Source of the DNA: Promethearchaeota archaeon
Lineage (GTDB): Archaea > Asgardarchaeota > Thorarchaeia > Thorarchaeales > Thorarchaeaceae
NCBI GenBank assembly: GCA_048939765.1
Contig: JBHLPF010000009.1
Span: 9,590-73,589, forward strand
Length of the DNA stretch: 64,000 bases
Reading direction: 5' to 3'
Made by a program: the position numbers and the translations under genes. Below the pieces are notes generated by a model. It had not been told where the DNA came from. It saw only the letters and a program-made list of their open reading frames with translations, and did not search any database. Below, piece after piece: positions 57,694 to 64,000 of the stretch (position 1 is its first letter; the number at the start of each line of letters is the position of its first letter).

Positions 57694-59625
57694 CTACTTG
57701 GCCAACATATTGCGCTTGCCAAGGTCCTCGATCACATATCCAAGACTCAGCTCCTCGAGCTTCTCTTTCTTTGGATAGCCTGTTTCTCTGTCGCATCCCC
57801 TGTAGTCATAGTATTCATCGAGCATCTCATCTAGGTCCGGGAGGCCTCCCTTCGAAGGCCCTGTGGGCATAGGCTCTTTCAGAAGTCGTCTGGGCAGGGT
57901 CTCCTCTTTTCTTGTTATACCCAGTCGATGATTGTATGCTCGTCTCAAGTGGTTGATGCGTTCGGCAGTCTGTTTGACAAACCTAGGTTGCGACCATTCC
58001 TCCATTCCTGTAAGAGGAGCTATCACATTGGTGAATGTATCAAAGTAATAGATGGGCGGCCACATGGTGCCGTACTTGCATATCACAGCGCTGTCAACGA
58101 GTGCGTAGAGATCCTCGATATCCCAGACTACCTCGCCCTTGTGTTTTGGTGACATTATGTCAAGTATTGCTTCAGTCTTCTCATCATCAAATCGAGCCTT
58201 GACGATGTCCGGGTATCCCAGTTCTTCGAGGCTTGAGAGGCTCCGCAGATGATCTGCTCCTCGCACATTCGTTGCATAGGTGAGACCGATTGACTGATGT
58301 GCCCTAGGGTCTTGACCGGAGGCTTCCAGTCCCTTGACATGCACAGCATACATCCATGCATCTCCGCCGATTATCTCAGCAGCCTTACGGACACCCTTAG
58401 AGAGAAGGTCGCCGAAACCATCCCGTTTCGCAATCTTCTCTACGAGCTCCACCATGGAGTCGACATTCCCCCATGAGAGGTCGAGACCGTCTGTATCCTT
58501 CTTGGTGATGATACCTTTCTCCCAGAGCTCCATAGCAAATCCAATGCTCTTCCCACAGGAGATCGTGTCCATCCCGAGAAGATCACATCTTGTGCCGAGG
58601 TGGAAGACCGACTCAATATCATTGTTGAGGCAATTGGAGCCAAAAGCCATGATAGTCTCATACTCTGGTCCTCCAGCAGGACCGTACGCGAACTTCCCCT
58701 CCTTGACCCGATAGATGTACTTGCAGCCTACTTCGCATCCATGACATGCTTCTTGTGCAACTCTGTACTTCTTCGCAATAATCTCAGGGCCAATGTCATC
58801 CGCATTCTCGTAGAATCCTGTCCAATGGTTCTTTGTTGGCAATCTTCCAATCTCGTTTATTATCGCTACAAGGTCTGTTGTCCCGTATTTCCTGAGTGAT
58901 GCAAGGGACTCTGTCCAAATTGGGTCACAGACTCTCTGCATCTCAATCTCATTTGCCTCGAGATACTTATCCATATCATAGGCCTCAAGGCCTAGTGAAC
59001 CGGAGGCTGCTATTGCTTTCACATTCTTTGAGGCCAATACCGTGCCGAGACCTGCCCTTCCCGCCGCCCTATAACGGTCCACGATGATGCTTGAGTAGAG
59101 AACGCCATTCTCTCCGGCAGGTCCAATTATACCTGTCTTGACCTCAGGGTCTCTATGCTCCTCACGAATCATATCCATAGTCACATCTGTCTCTCGGCCC
59201 CATAGATGGCTGGCATCAAGCAGCTCAGCTTCTCCATCTCGCAGAAAGAGATAGACCGGCTTTGGTGAACGACCCTTGAAGATCACGAAGTCATATCCAG
59301 CGTATTTGATCTCAGGCCCCAAGAAACCACCCACGTGGGATTCGGCCCAGACGCCAGTCAAGGGCCCTTTGGTAGCAAACATCATCCTGCCAGAAGGCGA
59401 AAACATCACACCAGTCAAAGGGCCTGTTCCGACAACCAATACATTATCTGGAGACAGTGGATCTGTTTCTGGACCTGTTTCTTCCCAAAGGATTCTGGCT
59501 GCCACGCCAGTGCCGCCCAGATATAGCCTTGCCCATTCCTTCTCCATCTCACGCTTGTGTACCTTGCCTTTGGTGAGATCAACCTCTGCATAGTGGCCTG
59601 CGTATCCTTTGTATGGAAATGTCAT
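57694..59625 (-). CDS. Aldehyde:ferredoxin oxidoreductase (W-pterin) family enzyme, copy 2
   Basis: PLTG..ES..GG, AGR.GLG.V.ASKN.KA, CHGCEVGC, GPEYET, GMDTIS, DPR, RGADH. Confidence 0.95.
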   Translation of the reverse strand: MTFPYKGYAGHYAEVDLTKGKVHKREMEKEWARLYLGGTGVAARILWEETGPETDPLSPDNVLVVGTGPLTGVMFSPSGRMMFATKGPLTGVWAESHVGGFLGPEIKYAGYDFVIFKGRSPKPVYLFLRDGEAELLDASHLWGRETDVTMDMIREEHRDPEVKTGIIGPAGENGVLYSSIIVDRYRAAGRAGLGTVLASKNVKAIAASGSLGLEAYDMDKYLEANEIEMQRVCDPIWTESLASLRKYGTTDLVAIINEIGRLPTKNHWTGFYENADDIGPEIIAKKYRVAQEACHGCEVGCKYIYRVKEGKFAYGPAGGPEYETIMAFGSNCLNNDIESVFHLGTRCDLLGMDTISCGKSIGFAMELWEKGIITKKDTDGLDLSWGNVDSMVELVEKIAKRDGFGDLLSKGVRKAAEIIGGDAWMYAVHVKGLEASGQDPRAHQSIGLTYATNVRGADHLRSLSSLEELGYPDIVKARFDDEKTEAILDIMSPKHKGEVVWDIEDLYALVDSAVICKYGTMWPPIYYFDTFTNVIAPLTGMEEWSQPRFVKQTAERINHLRRAYNHRLGITRKEETLPRRLLKEPMPTGPSKGGLPDLDEMLDEYYDYRGCDRETGYPKKEKLEELSLGYVIEDLGKRNMLAK

Positions 59626-60113
59626 GGTTCAGCCTCCTGCTCTTCGTGACTGTATAAGGGAAATAAGACGCTAATTCCTCTGGCGCGGCTCCTGAAAACA
59701 TCTGATTCCGCGCCTAGGAACTCTATGGCTCCATAGTCACATGCTTTGACACAGGCTGGGTTGTGCCAGCATAGATCGCATTTCACAGCCTTTCTGGCTA
59801 CTGGATCAATCTCGATGCCGCCATAGATACATGCCGTGACGCAGTTTCCGCATCCTATGCAGTCCTCACTGTGGACATAGAGTGTGCCATGTTCATTTCT
59901 TACTATTGCACCCGTTGGACATGCATCTACACATAGCGCGTGCTCACACTGCAGACAGACCATTGGTACGATGGTGCCTTCTGCCTCATTCTTCAGAATC
60001 GTGATCCTTGACCTTGCAGGATTGAACGTCTTGGTCTTCGCGGTCGAGCAGGCTAGTTCGCAGTTCCTGCAGCCTGTGCATTTGTCAACATCAATCGCGA
60101 GTAAGCTCTTCAA
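59622..60113 (-). CDS. DmsB/HycB-like 4Fe-4S partner subunit
   Basis: CTGCRNCELAC, CLQCE..CVDACP, CIGCGNC..AC, KCDLC..PACV. Confidence 0.92.
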   Translation of the reverse strand: MKSLLAIDVDKCTGCRNCELACSTAKTKTFNPARSRITILKNEAEGTIVPMVCLQCEHALCVDACPTGAIVRNEHGTLYVHSEDCIGCGNCVTACIYGGIEIDPVARKAVKCDLCWHNPACVKACDYGAIEFLGAESDVFRSRARGISVLFPLYSHEEQEAEP

Positions 60114-60344
60114 GTTGTATGAACTCTCCGTTCTCTCTCGTGTGGCCCTCTTCTCGGAGGCAGTATGTCCTTTAAGTTGTTGCCATTCTGGAAGTCTGTT
60201 TTATCTGTCCAAGTAATGCTCAAGTATACTGGATTGAAGTACTGAAACCATTCCGGTGCAGGTATAAGGAGCTTTAATGACCTGTGAAATCGCTGGAAGT
60301 TGTGTGGATTAGAAGGGTGCCAATACTACCCGTGATTCGGAACT

Positions 60345-62120
60345 GTGAACGCAATGGACAAAGTACGGAAACGTTTCAGAGAAATAGCAGATGATATGCT
60401 CATCCCAGTTCTTGAATTTGATACAGACCTTAATCTAAGATATGCAAATCCCAAGGCACTAGAGCTTTTCAAGATGGAGATGAAAGATGTATACAACAGG
60501 ATACACCTTGACACGTTTGTCGCCGAAGAGCAGGTGGATCTTGTTCATCGAGGACTCGTGCAACTTGAAGCCGGCGAGAAACCCACTTCATTGAGCTTAC
60601 GTGTTGTCAGAAAGGACAATGTACAGGTTCCTACTCAGATCTACTCTGATAAGATAGAACACGATGGCAAAGTAATCGGATTCGTCGCGTACATAGTTGA
60701 TTTGTCGAGGCGCGAAGCCTTTGAGGAGAAGATCGAGGAACGAAAAGACCTTCTTGAGTATATAGTGGAGTACTCGACCTTCAGTGGTATTGCTATTATC
60801 GATGACAAATACAGACTCGAATATGTGAACGATAAACTGTGCGACATTGTTGGGATGAGGAGAGCGGAACTCATCGGATTCGATTTCCGTAGCCTTGTTC
60901 ATCCTGACAGTCTGGAGTTGGTTTCTGACCGATACCGGAGGAGACAACTTGGAGAAGATGTGCCGCCCTCCTACGAGGTCAAAATAAGAAGAGGAGATGG
61001 TAGTGCCAGAGACGTTCGAATCCATGTGACAACAATGACAGGTAAGAATGGTGCAACCAAGTCTATCACGCAGGTAATGGACATAACGGAGCAAAAAGCT
61101 GATAGACGACGCCTTGAGGAGTCGGAGCATAACTATCGGCGACTGGTAGAAACCATGACCGCAGGGATGGGAATTGATGATGAGAATGGCATAATCGTAT
61201 ACACAAATGATGCTCTCAATGAAATGCTTGGCTATGAAGAGAATGAGCTCATTGGTAAACATGGGACGACGATATTTCATGACGTAGCTGAAGAGAAGTA
61301 TAAGATGCGAGCTGATGCAAGACGAAGGGGTGAGGTAGAACACTATGAAACAACTCTTGTGTCAAAATCCGGAGACCTGATTCAGGCCATGGCATCGGCT
61401 GGACCAATCCGCGACCCAGAAGGCAATTACACGGGAAGCTTTGCTATATTTACTGACGTGTCAGCCCTAAAGGCTGCAGAGAATGAATCGAGATTCTTAT
61501 TGGATTTGCTGATGCACGATGTAGGCAATCAAATGCAGTTAATCCTAGCTGGAGGCGACTTTCTCGCTCGAGAATCTACTCCTGAAGAGATAGTGCGAGC
61601 CAAGCAATATGTCCTCGATGGAGCGCACAGATGTCTGACCTTGATTGGGAAGGTGAGAAAGGCAGAGGAAACAAAAGCCGACCCTGTGGTTGCAACAGAC
61701 CTGGTGAAGGTGTTGGAAGGGGAGATTGAGCTACTGGCTAGCCAATACAACATAACTCCAAACCTCACTGGGATTCCGAGAAAGGTCAAGGTGTTTGCAG
61801 ATGGAGCTCTCTCACAGCTTCTCTGGAATCTGATAGAGAATGGTGTCAGACATAATACAGGAGACGATCCACAGATTTGGATAAGTGGGAAGATTAGCCA
61901 TGATGCGTTCAAGCTGATTGTTGCAGATAATGGTCCCGGTCTGAATGTCTCCAAGAAACAGGCACTGTTTGATGCCGGACGCAGATATGGGGGTGTAGGC
62001 CTGCATCTTGTGCGTCGACTAGCTGACAAGTACGGTGCCAAGTTGGATGTGCATGATCGAGTGAAGGGTCAGCCTGAAAAGGGACTTGAAGTATCTATTG
62101 AGTTTCGACTCGCCGAATAA
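60345..62120 (+). CDS. Soluble multi-PAS sensor histidine kinase
   Basis: Three PAS-like repeats; H-box HDVGN; NLIENG, DNGPG, GVGL. Confidence 0.92.
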   Translation: MNAMDKVRKRFREIADDMLIPVLEFDTDLNLRYANPKALELFKMEMKDVYNRIHLDTFVAEEQVDLVHRGLVQLEAGEKPTSLSLRVVRKDNVQVPTQIYSDKIEHDGKVIGFVAYIVDLSRREAFEEKIEERKDLLEYIVEYSTFSGIAIIDDKYRLEYVNDKLCDIVGMRRAELIGFDFRSLVHPDSLELVSDRYRRRQLGEDVPPSYEVKIRRGDGSARDVRIHVTTMTGKNGATKSITQVMDITEQKADRRRLEESEHNYRRLVETMTAGMGIDDENGIIVYTNDALNEMLGYEENELIGKHGTTIFHDVAEEKYKMRADARRRGEVEHYETTLVSKSGDLIQAMASAGPIRDPEGNYTGSFAIFTDVSALKAAENESRFLLDLLMHDVGNQMQLILAGGDFLARESTPEEIVRAKQYVLDGAHRCLTLIGKVRKAEETKADPVVATDLVKVLEGEIELLASQYNITPNLTGIPRKVKVFADGALSQLLWNLIENGVRHNTGDDPQIWISGKISHDAFKLIVADNGPGLNVSKKQALFDAGRRYGGVGLHLVRRLADKYGAKLDVHDRVKGQPEKGLEVSIEFRLAE

Positions 62121-62183
62121 GCTCATTGCTGACCACAATCATTATGTCGTACGCTCTATCTGATTAGAGCCGGAGGCGTAAGC

Positions 62184-63578
62184 ATGTCAGTGGACTCGAT
62201 TCTGATAAAGAACGGATATGTCCTCACAATGGACGCGCGACGTCGTATCATTGAGGATGGCTCAGTCCTAGTTGAAGGTCAGAAGATTACCAGAGTTGGT
62301 AAAACTGATGAGCTTGCAAAGGAAAAGGCGGAGCTTGTAATCGATGCCAATAATATGATAGTCATGCCGGGACTGATTGATACGCATATGCACTTGGCAC
62401 AGGCGTTGATACGTGGCTGCGCAGACGATGTCTCTCTTGTTGACTGGCTGAAGAGCTATGTCTGGGTCCTCCAGGGTAACTTCACAAAAGAAGACGGAAG
62501 AGTGTCTGCGGAGCTCTGCATGGCAGAGATGATTCGAACTGGTACAACCTCGTTCATTGAATGCATGATTCATACGCGTTATGGCTTTGACGGAATCGCA
62601 CAAGCCGTCAAGGACGTTGGCATGCGGGCCGCACTCTCAAAGATAATTATGGACTCCACAGGTTATGCAGATAGTCCTGACATCATGTATGCAGGAATGG
62701 TCGAGGACAAGGACGCCTGTCTCTCTGAAACTGCCCAGATGCATGCCAAGTGGCATGGTGCGGCGGACGGTCGACTTCAAGTCTGGTATGGCCTCAGGTC
62801 TCTAGGTGCAGTAACTCCTGAGCTATTCCGAGAAGTAGCAGGCCTAGCCCGAGAAAAGGAGACTAGAATGACCATGCACTTAGGCGAGGTCATCGATGAC
62901 GTCCGCTTTGTCCGGGATAACTACGACATGACTCTCACAGAGTTCGCAGAGGAGAACAATCTCTTGGGATCCGACATGGTGTTTGCACATGGCATTCACT
63001 TCGATGATGACGACCTCGGACGGCTTGCATCCTCCCAGTCGAATGTTTCTCATTGCCCTGCTAGCAATATGAAGCTAGCATCTGGCTTTGCTAGGGTGCC
63101 AAAGATGTTGGAGATGGGAGTACCAGTCTCTCTTGGATGCGATGGTGGTCCTAGCAACAATACGTACGATATGGTACGCGAAATCCGTCTGGCTGCCTTG
63201 ATTCACAAGGCGAAGGTTGACGACCCCCTCGTGGTGACCGCTGAACAGGCTCTTGAGATGGCAACACTCGGCGGCGCAAAGGCATTGGGAGTGGCTGACA
63301 CTGTTGGTTCACTTGAATCAGGAAAGCTGGCAGATATAATTCTCATCGATATGCATGACCTCGGCTACACGCCAGTGACGAACCCTGTTTCCAATCTTGT
63401 CTATTCAGGTAGTGGACATACTGTTGACACCGTCATCGTGAATGGGGCTCTCCTGATGAGAGGCAAGAAGCTACTGACTCTGGATGAGGAGTCGGTCATG
63501 GAACGCGCATTGAAACACAGCGGGCCGCTTCTTCAGCGAGCTGGAATCGAGATCCAGCCCAAATGGCCTATCGAGTGA
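62184..63578 (+). CDS. Metal-dependent amidohydrolase/deaminase (TrzA/AtzA/guanine-8-oxoguanine deaminase-like)
   Basis: PGLIDTHMHLAQ, GTT, MHLGE, AHG, HCP.SNMKL, GCDG, GKLAD. Confidence 0.9.
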   Translation: MSVDSILIKNGYVLTMDARRRIIEDGSVLVEGQKITRVGKTDELAKEKAELVIDANNMIVMPGLIDTHMHLAQALIRGCADDVSLVDWLKSYVWVLQGNFTKEDGRVSAELCMAEMIRTGTTSFIECMIHTRYGFDGIAQAVKDVGMRAALSKIIMDSTGYADSPDIMYAGMVEDKDACLSETAQMHAKWHGAADGRLQVWYGLRSLGAVTPELFREVAGLAREKETRMTMHLGEVIDDVRFVRDNYDMTLTEFAEENNLLGSDMVFAHGIHFDDDDLGRLASSQSNVSHCPASNMKLASGFARVPKMLEMGVPVSLGCDGGPSNNTYDMVREIRLAALIHKAKVDDPLVVTAEQALEMATLGGAKALGVADTVGSLESGKLADIILIDMHDLGYTPVTNPVSNLVYSGSGHTVDTVIVNGALLMRGKKLLTLDEESVMERALKHSGPLLQRAGIEIQPKWPIE

Positions 63579-63586
63579 ACGGCTCG

Positions 63587-64000
63587 TTATACGATGATGG
63601 CCTCTCTCTCAAAGAGCTTGGCTCCAATAATTAGGAATACAATCGCAAACCCAAGCATGTATGCAACATTCACTAACAGGCTAGCAGCTGTTGCAGCCCC
63701 TGACAGAACACCATTGAGGAACAGAACTGCATGACTGAATGGTATTGCCAGCACGAACAGTCCGAATAGTCCTCCATACTGAAGGATGCTCCCAGTGAAG
63801 CCAAGAATTCCAATCACCATTGTAGGTACCAAGAGGACGAGGTTGTTTATCGATTCAGCAGTCGCTTGGTCCTTGGCGGCGCTAGAGATGACTATTCCAA
63901 TGCTAATCGCACAGATAAGAATCAGCATCTGACAGAAGAAGATGAGGGGGATTGTGACAGGATTCACTGTGTATAGATTGATGTAGTAGTCCCTAGATAC
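63587..64000 (-). CDS. ABC-2 type transporter permease (C-terminal part)
   Basis: Multiple TM segments, AIPFSH, FEREAII; ORF continues past the window edge. Confidence 0.75.
   Translation of the reverse strand, partial: VSRDYYINLYTVNPVTIPLIFFCQMLILICAISIGIVISSAAKDQATAESINNLVLLVPTMVIGILGFTGSILQYGGLFGLFVLAIPFSHAVLFLNGVLSGAATAASLLVNVAYMLGFAIVFLIIGAKLFEREAIIV

Noticed and set aside
57647-57796. N-terminal extension of the DUF362 ORF overlapping AOR2
   Set aside because: ATG at 57646 removes the overlap
1-64000. CRISPR arrays, IS elements, integrases, rRNA
   Set aside because: No repeat-spacer arrays, transposase/integrase motifs or rRNA-like stretches seen by eye

Overview
Chromosomal window from an archaeon, most likely an Asgard archaeon and probably Thorarchaeia-like. 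This is an inference from archaeal r-proteins, TFB and GGGP synthase occurring together with a Roadblock/LC7 protein, a GET3-like ATPase and a complete selenocysteine module. In order it holds: (i) most of the S10/spc ribosomal-protein operon (uL22 to uL30, minus strand) behind a long structured leader; (ii) hypD, mobA and an hdrA-mvhD/hdrC/hdrB block; (iii) housekeeping genes (GGGPS, MetAP, two TFBs, SUI1, rpoP, tRNA-splicing endonuclease, LeuRS, CorA); (iv) a compact Sec locus with selB, SepSecS, an unknown gene, tRNA-Sec(UCA) read directly from the sequence, and PSTK; (v) a ~15 kb cluster with two AOR-family tungstoenzymes plus Fe-S partners, MoaD, a cyclic amidohydrolase, a PreA/DHOD-like flavoprotein lacking the catalytic Cys, a purine/pterin-type deaminase, a PfkB kinase and a PAS histidine kinase. 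Cluster (v) is my best candidate for an undescribed system: tungsten-dependent nucleobase catabolism. I saw no mobile elements, CRISPR arrays or rRNA. All calls come from motif recognition by eye, with no database searches.
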